A DNA stretch of 63,985 nt, the filler included, from Phoronis australis (lineage: Eukaryota; Animalia; Phoronida): NCBI GenBank assembly GCA_002633005.1. It is 7 parts of 7 records of this genome, joined end to end, with 100 filler letters (N's around TTAATTAATTAA, not from the genome) between each part and the next. Parts side by side here need not be neighbours in the genome. Positions count along the whole stretch, not along the records: positions 9,571 to 35,825 come from NMRA01001265.1; 6 more parts are not named here. One strand, given 5' to 3'. This document shows positions 13,061 to 25,889 of this stretch, piece by piece. A program made the translations under genes and the position numbers. The stretch's first letter is position 1; each line of letters opens with the position of its first letter. The notes under the pieces are model-generated. The model was not told the DNA's origin, ran no database searches, and worked only from the letters and a program-made list of their open reading frames with translations.

Positions 13061-13858
13061 TGTCGCAATCGGACGTGGAATTTCTATAAAACGTAGTGTA
13101 TATCTGATCAGATGGCACAACAGCCATTTAAAACCAAGATATACAAAGTCTCCCTACTTACATGAACACGTAGCTGCAGGATTCCTAAAGAAATAATTGT
13201 TCTAGTCAAACGCGTGGGATTATCGTTAACATGAAGAGCCTAAGCACAAATCACACTATGAGAATTCAGGACTTCTCACGGTAAAAGGTCGATTTTCCGT
13301 CTAACTTGGGATAGTTAGACAGGATTACAGATCAGCAGGGGGGTGTTACGACATAAATTTTCACCATCGATATTTAATATGCATAGTCTCATTAAATTGT
13401 GAATATGCAAACGAAGTACTAATTTACAAACAACCCGGGGAGCTCCAGTGTGTCGGAAANTGTCGCAATCGGACGTGGAATTTCTATAAAACGTAGTGTA
13501 TATCTGATCAGATGGCACAACAGCCATTTAAAACCAGGATATACAAAGTCTCCCTACTTACATGAACACGTAGCTGTAGGATTCCTAAAGAAATAATTGT
13601 TCTAGTCAAACGCGTGGGATTATCGTTAACATGAAGAGCCTAAGCACAAATCACACTATGAGAATTCAGGACTTCTCACGGTAAAAGGTCGATTTTCCGT
13701 CTAACTTGGGATAGTACGACAGGATTACAGATCAGCAGGGGGTGTTACGACATAAATTTTCACCATCGATATTTAATATGTATAGTCTCATTAAATTGTG
13801 AATATGCAAACGAAGTACTAATTTACAAACAACCCGGGGAGCTCCAGTGTGTCGGAAA
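13061..13858. repeat. 400-bp-period direct duplication joined by a single N (probable contig overlap)
   Basis: 13061-13459 vs 13461-13858, N at 13460, only a few differences. Confidence 0.92.
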
Positions 13859-14588
13859 CCATATGGAAACCAGTTATCATTACAAGGTCCAGAAAGGCTC
13901 GTTATGGGAGACTGTTTTTATGTAATTGAGTGTGGCAATATCTAACAATGCCTAAATCAGCTTACACTCCTCACTGTGACCACAACGAAAGCATTCGTTC
14001 TGTAATTTCATGTTGCCGTCACCTTGGATAATAACCAACATCATGCCATATATTGTCTCTGGTAGCGCAAAATCTAAATTTGCACATACACAGCTTTTTC
14101 ACCGTTCTCAGGACGTCAAAGGAATCCCTCGGAAACCCACAGCATTAAGTTGCCGTTACCTTAGTGAAACAATGCCAGATTTTATTATTCCTGCATTTCA
14201 CTATCAAATAAAGTTTTGCGTAATATCTGGAATTACTATGTTTTTTAAATCCGTACTTGTTTAAGCGTATAATGTCTTGTTCGGAATGGCTTGGTCTGTT
14301 TTATTTAATTAGGCTAAGGCTTAACTTCTGAAAATCTGTATACATCCTGGCAAAATCGAAGTCCCTAGCCTGTTCGTTTGAATGCTAAAAACCCAACCAA
14401 AAATAACGTTTGGCTAGTAGTTCTAGACTAAAGCCTCTGAAGTCTGATGACCATTAACGTGCACAATTCTGTCATACAATGCAGCAGATCAGTCGACCTG
14501 ATATGAGGGCACGTGAACTTTGTATTAAGTTTAGTTTTTTTTTTCGTGTAATGAGGGTGTAATCAGTACCTTTAATTACGCAACTTAC

Positions 14589-14971
14589 TTTACAGTATCA
14601 CCAAATTGTCGCATTACTTCAGGGAGGGCGTCCAAAACCTGAATCTCTGCATGAATTTTCACGTCGCCCTTAATGCGTTCACGCGCCCAGAAGTTCTGCC
14701 AACGAATGGGCGCATCCATGGTATACCACCTTTCCTTGTTAAGGTATTTGCTGCCCGGTTCCTTGTAGCAAGGATGGAGTGGGTTCTTTGAGGAGTCTCC
14801 TCCACTGTTTAAAACGCCTACAGCATACTGGTGATTCTTTAGTCCTGGATAATAGAACATGGAACTGGCGCCTCTAATATAGCTGTCGTCGAATTTATCC
14901 AAGCCGATATAACCGCTGACGACAGCGCACGCTGTCAGTAAGGTCAAACAGGTAATTTTCAGGTTCATCAT
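14589..14971 (-). CDS. Secreted AID/APOBEC-like (SNAD-type) deaminase gene A, coding exon 1 (signal peptide + HAE motif)
   Basis: Acceptor TTTTTTCAG ends at 14976; ATG ATG at 14971. Encodes MMNLKITCLTLLTACAVVSG (signal-peptide-like), NHQYAVGVL, KIHAEIQVL and QFGDTV. Donor AA|GTAAGT at 14588, phase 2. Confidence 0.88.
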
Positions 14972-15336
14972 TTTTCTGAAAAAAGTAAGGACTACTGTTA
15001 ATAGCACATTCATTCAACGTGTGGAAGTAGGTGACCGTTTGTGGAACTTTCAAAATAATATTAGAAGCAATAACTCGGATAAAGTGCCCTACTTTTCTTT
15101 GTAAAAGACGATGTCGCAGCTCAGAAGTGACATGATCACGAACCTGTTATTTTTAAGAAATAATATTAGTTAATAATGATAATAATAATAAACATAATAA
15201 CAATAATAAAACACTTTTGGTCGACACTTGTAAAAGAAAAACACATAGTTACAAAATCGGCATGTCTGAATAATTCGTACGAGGAGATAATTCGTGACAT
15301 AAACCAAGTTGTCAAACTGTTGATGAAGTCGCTTAC

Positions 15337-15580
15337 CTTACTTTCGACGTCACGACAAACCTCTGGGGTGAACAGAACCATGTGCACCGTTAAATATTTT
15401 TTCGTAGACCCGTATTCTTAGGAAATTAACATTAGCATGTGTCTGAACCGGATATTGGTATTTTTTCTTGTTTGATTACGAACGAACTTTGAAAAGACGA
15501 TGTTTACTCTACTACGATAGACCAGCTTAGATTTTTCATTACACATTTAAACGCGTACGAGGGCCATTGTACATGTAGAA
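15337..15580 (-). promoter_or_regulatory. Candidate promoter and short 5' non-coding exon of deaminase gene A
   Basis: TATTTAA at 15390-15396 and donor AAG|GTAAGC at 15336; block alignable to 28234-28470. The coding exon starts with an acceptor, implying an upstream exon. Confidence 0.5.
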
Positions 15581-15865
15581 AAAACACTTGATTATGGCAA
15601 AGTGTAAGTGAACGGATAAATGTCAACATGAATGCAAGTATAGACGCCATCCAGTGGCCAGTAACATTACTGCAAATCAAGTATGATCTCGCCTGTTCAT
15701 GAGATCTGACATTTGGCTAGTAGGTTTATATAATTAAGTCATATTTTGCTATTTGTCTTGTTATGATTTAACAGAATAACTTTGCAAGCATGTTCATTTG
15801 TTGAATTCTTGAGAATAGGTTCGTCATTGGTCTCTAGAAGCACGGTACATAAAATGTTCACTTAC

Positions 15866-16055
15866 TTAGAGACGTGGTTGGTTGTTGGCAGACGTTTCGA
15901 CCTGGTCCGCCAGGTCTTTGTTGATGAATGAATGATTTCCCGCCATACGCTCATTAAGAATGCTGGAGTACACGGGGGATAGGTGGAGTCCTCTGTCTCG
16001 GTTCAAGAGGGGACGCTGACTGTTGATGTTTATGGCCTCTTTGAGCTTACATGTA
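15866..16055 (-). mobile_element. Penelope-like element 3' fragment (end of GIY-YIG domain and pLTR) with degenerate hammerhead motif
   Basis: KLKEAININSQRPLLNRDRGLHLSPVY, followed by GACCTGG-CGGA-CCAGGTC-GAAACGTC. Confidence 0.8.
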
Positions 16056-19000
16056 CGAATATACCAATTTCGCCACTGCCCCAATACTAAAACTGCACAC
16101 ATTTAAATCTTGTTTCAGCCGTATAATTTTAATTACCGGGGTTAATTAATAAACTCAACATTTCCCTTCGCTTTTACTGTTTCATTTTTGCGGCAGCCAT
16201 GGGGGAGGGCTCCCTGAGCTCCCCCCACTAAATACGCCTATGTCTGTCTGCTAAGTCGCTGATAGGAGCATTATGAAAATTAGCAAATCTATGCCTGCTG
16301 AAAAAACACAATCAAAGGTCAATTTTCCGCAGGTCTGGCCACCGCGGTTTTTTCTACTGCCCCTTTTTGGCATCAGTAGCTTCATTTCCATAAGCTTGCG
16401 GAATTTTTGTGAAATTTGGCGAGTGTTTTTCCGTCAGTGTGGCAACGGATATTGGCGACTATTTGGGCAGATTTGACATCCATTGACTGATTTCTTTCCA
16501 CTGAAACCAACACAATCGTAGAGGATTTTCGGATGAGCTCGACTACAGTAGCACCCCTAGCGGTAATTGTATTTTTTTGCATCAAAGTTTGTTTCTCCTA
16601 ATATTTTGGAGACTATACCTCAGTGTATAGACGTTACAACAGATGGTGACATCATTTGACGGATCCGATACCTACATGTACATGTAATATTGGATTTTTA
16701 CGTTGGATTCTTTACCTGTTGAGTTCTTGGACGGATTTTCACGAATCATATATAATAGGTTTCTGTTGGCGAGACGATGACACGTCACGGTTCTTTACCT
16801 AGCTTGTAAGTTTTCTTCACTTCGAGTGACATTTTTATGATGCAAATAAACACCTTTTACGGCATATTTTCTCTACATTCAACTCCATTTTTCACATTTT
16901 GCTCTTATGAGAATTCTTGGTTATGACATCAGTCCATTAGAACTTAAAACCCGACGTCGTGCTCTATTCGCGGCAGAAGGATGTAGTCGAATATTCTAGA
17001 ACTGCTCGCGGTGTTTACGTCCAGGAAGTTGAATATTATCAGCGGTGATGCAATCGCTTGTGAAGTTACCATCAATTGTCAAAACGAGCTACAAAGTGAA
17101 AGAATTTGTGTCTTTATGAAGAAGAAGACAAAATTCAACCTTAGAAGTTTGGATGAACGAAAACGGCCAGTTATGAAGAATGTTTCGAAATTTGTACTAA
17201 CGTCTAAAGCAGTGAACGAACTGGGGTTACATTGCCATGCTTGTGGTTTCACTAGGATTTAGGCAAATTGAGGCGTTTATTATATTTGCAACGCAGTTAA
17301 CGCCTTCACCCTCTTCACACAACGTTCCCATGGCCATGTTGAAATAATGCAACCCTAGCCGACAATACTCCCTTGCTACAGGAAACTGGTTAGCAGTGAT
17401 ATTTTTGCTTTTTTTATACTTGACTCCTTGTGCCCATTGCCATGAGAACGTTCAGGGAGTAGTGTCTGAACAGAATGGGTCACATTTTTTTCGACTACAC
17501 AGAGACCCGCGATAAGCAATCTTCTTAAAGCTACCAGAATTATTGTAGGACGATGGTAAAAGGTTAAGTAAGTTATTTCAAACTTATTTACATATAAAAT
17601 TTACAGTCCAAAGATAAATTTCACATGGCAGCATGTTTGTCTACTTTTTTAAATTCTGAGACAGTGACAATGAGGTATTTCTGTGATAGTTCCATTGCCC
17701 GTTCTGGTAGTTACAGTGTATGTGCGTTCGCGATTATTTGAAACACCTAGCTTAAAACAGAGTGAAGAGCAAATGAAAGATATACTGTACCTACATGTAC
17801 ATGTACAATTCAATCGAAAGAACAAACGACGAGAAGAGTGTATGCGAACGGTACAATAGCATGGGCGGCGCACCATTGTGGGTAGGGGGCTACAGCCTCC
17901 CCCACCTATTTCAGTGGTGCACCGCCATATGTGAGATGCAACTTAGGGGGGGGGGNNNNNNATCGCCCTCTTTGTTAACAAAGTCTCCGGTCAGCCTTTC
18001 TATAAATGAGCACGATATTGTGAAATGGTATTGAAAGCAACAATATATCAGTTACAATACAATGTCCGGTGGTATCGCACATCAGTCTTTCTCATCAGAT
18101 GAATGATAACATTTTTTTTTTTGTAACTCTAAGCCCTTCTATCTTTAAGATCTTCTCTAGTGCAATGTTCTAGGTTACTTGGGAAGCACTACGTTAGTTT
18201 ACCGTTTAAAAATAATAAGACTACCCTAAAGTTCAGAAAAGTAGAGGGGTTAAAAAAGACCTCTACATGTACGTGTATACCAGTAGCATGACTAAAATGA
18301 CCTGTGTTGCGGATAGTTTGCCAGGTTATTTTGTTCATTGTGTATTTTGTATGTAAACTTGTTTGGTTTTACTTGATGTTAGTTTTCTGTCTAATCTCTT
18401 CTAGGCCCTTTCTAGTCTATTGTTTCATTTTTTCGCTATTTCACTCTGCCCGCATCATTTTGAGCGTCAAGTCGCTTACTGTTGTCGTGTGTCTAGTGAG
18501 TATTTTCTTTACTTATCTGTATCATTTCCTTTGTTTTGGACGCAGTCTTTACATTTTCATTGTTCTTAGTAATTTGTGTAGATATTATTGTATTTAATTT
18601 GGTGTATTTTTCTGTGTATAATTTGTTCCCGTGGTGCGTTTTTTTTCTGTGCGTCTTGAGTTCGCCACACCCTTGGTCAGCCACTTTGGTATTTTTTTGT
18701 TTTCGCACACAAGATACTATCAAGTTTTTGTATGGTGTTCTGACTTTATTTTAACTAAGTGTTCATGGGCCACATTTGGGCTACGGAGCAAAATATAACG
18801 ACTGCACTACCATTGCATCCTTTATGTATATTCCGACGGCAACAACCTGTAAACCCTTTTTTAAAAGTTCCATGAAAGTCAAGGTTTTCCCCGTAATAGA
18901 ATTCTTTTGCAAGACATGATACGAGTTGTAAACGCTTATTCCTCCGCTAAGAAAAATGTAGAATTTTTAGCTCTTTTAGAGATTATCTATTATAAATTAC

Positions 19001-19071
19001 ACGAAAATGGAAACATTGAAAACCTCCTCACCCACCAAGTATTTAATACTTTCTCAGTGAATGGCGAGGAG

Positions 19072-19311
19072 CAACCAGCGAGTCACTGCGTTACGTCCGC
19101 TCTACAACTAGCGAGTCACTGCGTTACGTCCGCTCTACAACTAGCGAGTCACTGCGTTACGTCCGCTCTACAACTAGCGAGTCACTGCGTTACGTCCGCT
19201 CTACAACTAACGAGTCACTGCGTTACGTCCGCTCTACAACTAGCGAGCCACTGCCTTACATGTACGTCCGCTCTACAACCAGCGAGTCACTGCGTTACGT
19301 CCGCTCCACAA
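19072..19311. repeat. 33-bp minisatellite, 7 copies
   Basis: Unit CAACTAGCGAGTCACTGCGTTACGTCCGCTCTA; unit 6 carries a 6-bp insertion. Confidence 0.95.
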
Positions 19312-21334
19312 TCAAGGCTGCATCAAAAAATTATGTATTCCTCATTAGTCTGTTTAAGTGGATTCCAAGGTAGTTTCGTGAGCTTACGTTTTTGAGAAAT
19401 ACATACATGTACATGTACATGTACAGCCGCTAGATCCTTGCCCAGCTTGAAAGAAAACACACCGCGCGGTGTGGGACAAATGAGCACCGCACTTAGCGGA
19501 CGAGGCTGTTTGTATGTGCAATCGGGTCATTCTTTTGATACCGTTTAGGTGGGGACACGTCATTAAACATTGAAAATCCTAACAAAGAAGCATTTTACAC
19601 CCTATAATAATAACATTAACGAAAACAGCAAATCTTCGTATCTTATTTGTAACCTGGGTCCCGACCCACGGGAATCAAATCATTCTGTTTGAGCGATAAC
19701 TTAGCCTTCAGAAAATTTACACAAGGTGCTATAGTACAGTATAATTGTACGTAAACGCTTCAGACGGGCTTTTTTAATCAAACAACAAATACCAGCAACA
19801 AACAAATCCCGGCCATGGTAACTCCACGCGATACTGGTTATGGGAAGGACTTTTACTGGCGATAGTAGCGGTGATCGTAGTAAATGGGATAGTCTCCCAA
19901 TGGAGGTCGAATACCACAGTAGAGTCCCTCTCGGACTATATGGGAAGTGGTTGCCACAAATGGTATTCAGCTGTTCCTTGAAGTTGTTTTGAGTGACTTT
20001 ATATCACAAATCTGGCCTCGGAATAATCTGGTCTACTATGATACAGAAGTGCCGCCATTTTGAGAGCACATAGTTGTTGAGTCTTTTAAGACTCAATTTA
20101 AAAATTCTTGGCACGAATCCTGGTACCCTTCAGACAAGTGAAAATTGTCAAAAATCGGGTTAATAATGACATATTTTAAACTAAATTTCAGGAATCCAGA
20201 CTGACAGAGCATTTGGATGGTGGTCTCTTTTCTTGCATCTGGGCGGTCGTGAATTTGTGATTTTAGGATCAGGTAAAATATGGCCAACGTCGCACATTTT
20301 TGGTTACTTTTGGCATCTCGATCTCTCAGGGAGGATGTAGCAAAGTAAAATTACCATGCTTGGCAGAACTTCGTTTTTGGGTAACCCGAAAGAGTGTGCT
20401 TTCTGTCACTTATGCTATATTTTTCAAGTGTCCAATAAAGCTCTTGCAAACAAGGTCTCTGATTGACCCAGGCCAGTCAAAAAGGTCAAAATCAGCCAGC
20501 GTTACTGTGGTCTTAGTCCGGAACAAACGGGAAACTTGTTACACATGTGCTGATTATTTGGTACGTTAGATTAATTCTGTTTATACTGAGTACACCAATT
20601 ACGCGTTACATCATCAAGTCAATTCTCTGACATATGAATACGTTTTTTCAACGTATCCCAAAAATAATTTACATGTACTCAACGTTACACGTGCTATTTT
20701 CACTTACATGTATAACGAGCTACGCCTGTCGTTCTCATGGATTTAATTGTGGTGTGCAAATGAACATTTCTCAATCCCGCTACCCCCTCTCTCCGAAGTC
20801 ATAGTTCAACGTCAAAAAACCAAAAGGTCACGGTGCACTTGTGTAAAATGACCCCTGATTACATTTTACGGAGTAAAAAAGTAGGCTACGCCGTTCTGAC
20901 GTTTGGTGAGCTCTGCGATTTTTTTTCTTCAAAAAGTGCATTTATGGCTGGAATTCCGCATTTTTGTCATCATACGGCCGGTAGTGGAGGGTGTCTCATA
21001 TATTGCCGTGGTCAGAATTCAATTTCATGATGACTCCCTTGATTGACTTCGCCAGTGTAGCACGGTCAACCGGAAAAAAGCAACTAATTGGGTCTTGGTG
21101 ACGACATCCGGGTTCTTAACCAATCAGATGTCTTAACCGGCTACAACGACGACGTCAAACAAGTGCAGCAAGTTCTTCAGAATTCTATACAAAACCACAG
21201 ATTTTTGGAGACGGTAGTTATTTGTTTCCATAACTTTTTATCTTCGTTTTATTTATGCAGTGGTGACGATGACGAACAATTACATACGTAGGTTACCACA
21301 GCCAATTTTATTTTTCAATCAATATTTTATGCCA

Positions 21335-21605
21335 TTAGAACAAGGTGTTTTGGCCGCGTGGATAACTGCAGCTCATAAAGGGTCCCTTAGTAGGATCAGC
21401 AACTTGATCGAACCACAGGTTCTTCAATGGTGTAAACTGTTGTTTGGCGTAGTCCAAAGCTATTTGACCTGTTGGGTCTCCTTCGTGTGTGAATACGTAG
21501 TCGTAACCAATGTAGAATCTCACAGTTCCGTGACCTCTTGCAAAATCTCTGATACGATCGGTGCATCGCTCGCACGGTGACAGTTGTGTGTACATATGGA
21601 TTTCT
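21335..21605 (-). CDS. SNAD-type deaminase gene B, terminal exon (SPCxxC)
   Basis: Acceptor ATATTTCAG|A GAA ATC (AG+A=Arg) gives DTVREIHMYTQLSPCERCTD. TAA at 21335-21337; AATAAA at 21307-21312. Spliced product ~217 aa. Confidence 0.88.
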
Positions 21606-24600
21606 CTGAAATATATCAGGTGCATAACTATAAATATTTCCTGTTTATATGATTTTAAATAGAGCGTACCGTTGAACTTGTACCGAACACCAGGATTGAA
21701 TATTCCAAAAGACACCCGGCGTCGCGATTTACAGCGTCTAGCAACATTAACGGTACCACATTGGTTTTCACTTGAAATTTCATGCTTGCAGAATGAAAAA
21801 TAGAATAAATTAAACACAACTACCCTTCAAATTAGACGTTTTAAAAACCACAACTTAACGACCTTCTACATATTAATTTTTGTGAAAAATGCACAAATTT
21901 GCATTGAAACACTATTGTTATAGTACATGTACGTTGTGTTTGCATGCGGTACGCCAAAATGTATACATGTATGGTATGTTTCCATAAGCCTAGGAGCTCC
22001 TAGCGACTTGTATATCCGAATTACTTACTAGAAAGCCATTTTGATAGAGGAATGGATATCCCATGCTTTCAGCAAAACACATCCAATTTCCTGGGGTGCG
22101 TTACATGAATGAAGATATAAAACACACATTTGATCTCGTGCTTCCACGTCACAGTTGCTGAATTAATTTTTAGCCCAGTAATGATGAGAGCAGCTGCGTC
22201 TAAAATTATTTATATAAATTATTTCGATAACTGTCAGCTATCTGTATATTCTCCGATACTTCGGACTTTTTAAATATTTTTTCCCGAAATAGTTGTGTCA
22301 GCATAAGACCAATTAAGTGACTAAGTCTTAAGTCACGTTTCGTAAAATATACCCCTTAGTGATGGTGAAAATGTGTTTCGTGACAACAAACCGTGCGCTT
22401 TAGTCACCTGTTTAATGTGACGTCATTTTGACTTTTTGAACCCACTCAGTCAAAAAACCTGAGGCAACTGCCATAGTCAAGGAAGTCTAATCATTCATTC
22501 GTAAGATGGTTAACAGTTTCGTGTAACCAACTGCTAAAACAAAGCATCGACAGTTGGTATTGGTTACGCCTTGTAAATTCGTAGGCCTTATGGTCTTTGT
22601 CGTCGACAGGGAACGTTGGAGTCATCGTCGTCGTCTGTAGTGGGTCGCACATGTACATAGATCGTCAGGATAGTGGAAGTAGGCAGCGACAAGGTTGACG
22701 ACCCCTTGGAGGCGCAGAATTGTTGGCAATAGTGAGAGCGGTTCGGCAACATTATCCTTCGCCCAAGCGGCAATAATCCCTTCAACGACACTATTGACAC
22801 TATGCGCACACCCAGCCTAAATTACATGTATAGGAGGTCCAAACTTTCCGGTACTCGGACCTTTTACAGAATAACATCAACGAATACTACAGAAAACGGA
22901 GCCAATATGTTCAGGCTTACGAATTGTGCTTTCGCGCCGAATTCCTGTGGACTTTTGTCTTATTTGCTCGGACTTTTTGTTTCTCTGGGGTGGACCTTTT
23001 TGCCCACTTCGCCAAATGTGGGGATCGGCTCGTGCGAGGCCGAGACCCCCTTGGTGCGTGCATGGTTATTATGATTTGCATGTAATGAATTTTCACATGC
23101 GGAAAACACTGCTGTCTATGCTACTATTTCTGATGACCGCGTACATGTCGAACGGGGTAAACAAATAACTCTCGCAATCATATACAATTATTTTAGCATT
23201 TTTGTCAGTGGAGTTCAAATTTACCTCGTGAACCATTATAGGCACATTTACCTCTAAAATTAGAAAAAATACACCGTAATACGAATGCCCCATCTCCTAT
23301 GTTCCTCCGGTTACCCGTCAAAAATCTGCGAGCATGCCTGCGGAAATTGCTTATAACATTTAGTTTTGATAAAAAAATCTTTGGTTTCTATAATTGTTTA
23401 TGTATCTACGAAAATCGATAGATTCATGGATGACTTTTGACAGTTAGATGCTAATCTTCTCAGAGATGATGATATTTCAGTGAATTTAATTGCAGCCTGA
23501 AGTTGTAAAAACTCTGTAATCCGATCCTCAAATAGTAAAGTACACTTAAAAGATGTTTGCTAATCTAAAATAGCTCTTAATGACATTGATGAAATTCAGA
23601 CTCAAAAACAGTAGATCGAAGAAAGTTTTAAAAGTCCTTAAATAAATAAAATTAAACTCGTTTCTTGGAAAAGTTGTCTTTGTACTTACTTGGTGTTTTT
23701 ATTTTCTCGTAGTTTTGAGCAGTAGATTTTTGTTCTTTAAAACTGAATTGATTGCTTGCCCAATTCCCGTGCGCGTCATGACTGGCGCACCGACGTTAAA
23801 AAAAAGATAAAACCGTGCAGAATCTCAGAGATCCACGGGAACTGAACTTCAGGCGTCGAAGTGTGACTAATTTTTTTTTGTGAAACACTCTGTATCATTT
23901 TCCCAAACCACCAGAAACTGGACTGTCGGTCGTCATGTCTGAACGATAGATTTTGAAACAACCCCAAAGGCACTATACCAGGACCCCGGTACCTCACCTT
24001 TTCGAAAAAACTCCTTCAAAGAATGAACATAATAAAATAAAGTTCTCCCCATGCTGGATCACACTAAAACGAATCTTGGCCTTAGAGCCAGTGCGAAGGG
24101 CTTGCACGAGCTGCCTGCCTCAACTGAATCACTGCTACATGTAAGCTGACCAGCAACTAGCTTTATTTCGTTGGGAATTTCGTATTTTCACACTGTTAGA
24201 TCTCAGTTATAGCTACTTGAGGAAGCTCTTCGCTACCGGTCAGTTTACTGGTCCTAGGCCTATTCTTACTCTGCATGTTGGGTCACGGTTACTCGACTCT
24301 TGATCGCTGCATCCCGGGATTGTCCCCCACCTACGTGTAGGGCGGACGTGGGATATTCGGTTCAATTATGGTGGCATCGGGAGCACAGGGGTGGCGGAGT
24401 TGGGGGGAGGGGTAGTTTGGCGAAGTCTAAATGGTTTGTGAACCCCCCAATAATTTTTGCCTTCGTACAGGCCTGCAGAGACGTTCTCAGTCACGTACTT
24501 GTTACCAGCCCTCACAAACACACCTTTTCATGTCTGAAAAATGCGGCTCTCCGCGCACTTTCCTCACAACTCCTCAGTATCGCACTAGTAAAACAAGGGT

Positions 24601-25370
24601 GGAGACGGTCTTCCAGCCATTAAGTACAAACCCAACAACAGAATTTTTTTTAATTTTTGGCTTTGTTTCTTAGCAAAGGTGTACTAAAGGTTATTAAATC
24701 TCTTATGATGTTTTAATAAAATAACTTTTGAGAGGTTCAAGGTCAAGGTGGGAACTCTTGAAGAGGGTCGACATTCCGTCTAATTTGGGATAGGATAGGA
24801 CGAGAAATCAGAAACAGGTAATACGACATAAATTGTCACCATCGACATTAACTATCACCCCTTGCATAATGTCGACTAACAAACAATAAGTTTTACCCGG
24901 CAAATTATTGTTTGTCGGGTAAAATGGCGGCTTGGAAACGAAGGTGTGTCAATAATGCTGCCTTCTAAATGGTCAGTTAAGCCGTCACCCAAAATCCTGG
25001 CGATAGGTCAATTCAAGCCCATGGCAAATTGATGTAGCAGGCGGTCGTTTCTCGAAAAGTGTGAGGAATGACTGTTTCGTGAAATTATGCTAAGACTAAA
25101 ATTCTAGTGAAAGTCTGCCAACAGCCTAAAATGAATACCAAACTCCCCAGCCTACTTCTTCGTAAAAACCCAAACCGCTCCCCTCAAAACAACGTCTGGA
25201 TATAGATATTTCGAGAATTAGGCCCTGAAGTTTGACGACGGTTAACATGCGCAGGTTTGTCAGACAAGGTGGCTGATCACTTGACCTGATGTGAAGGCAT
25301 GTGAACGCTGTAATCAGTTTTGTTTCTTCGTGTACCAAGTGTGTAACCTATACTTTAGTAAGCAACTTAC

Positions 25371-25753
25371 CTTACAGTATCACCAAACTGTCGCATTACG
25401 TCAGGGAGGGCGTCCAAAACCAGAATCTCTGCGTGAATGTTCACGTCGCCCTTAATACGTTCGCGCGCCCAGAAGTTCTGCAAACGAATGGGCGCATCCA
25501 TGGTATACCACCTGGCCTTGTCAAGGTATTTGCCGCCCCCTTCCTTGTAGCAAGGATAGAGTGGGTTGTCCGAAGAGTCGCCTCCCGTGTTTAAAACGCC
25601 TACGGCATACTGGTGATTCACCAGTCCGGGGTAATAGAACATCGTACTGACGCCTCTAATAAAGCTGTCGTCGAATTTGCCCAAGCCGATATATCCTTTA
25701 ACGACAGCGCACGCTGTCAGTAAGGTCAAACAGGTAATTTTCAGGTTGAGCAT
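25371..25753 (-). CDS. SNAD-type deaminase gene B, coding exon 1 (signal peptide + HAE motif)
   Basis: Acceptor TTTTTTCCAG ends at 25758; ATG at 25753. Encodes MLNLKITCLTLLTACAVVKG...NIHAEILVL. Donor AG|GTAAGT at 25370, phase 2. Same 383-nt length as in gene A. Confidence 0.88.
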
Positions 25754-25889
25754 GATTCTGGAAAAAAGTAAGGACTTCTGAAAGTAATACTGGCACTCAA
25801 CCCTCCAATGTGTGAAACTACATGTACATGTATGTGTCCGTTTGTGGAATTGTCTCGTTGTCTCTCAACGCTCAGATGCAAGACATTAA

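Noticed and set aside
13061-13858. 400-bp tandem duplication as a biological feature
   Set aside because: The single-N junction and near identity indicate unmerged contig overlap.
18304-18754. Hydrophobic ORFs
   Set aside because: By-product of T-rich low-complexity DNA.
18907-19395. 162-aa ORF with repeated LASHCVTSALQ
   Set aside because: Translation of a 33-bp minisatellite; no splice or homology support. No unique spacers, so not CRISPR.
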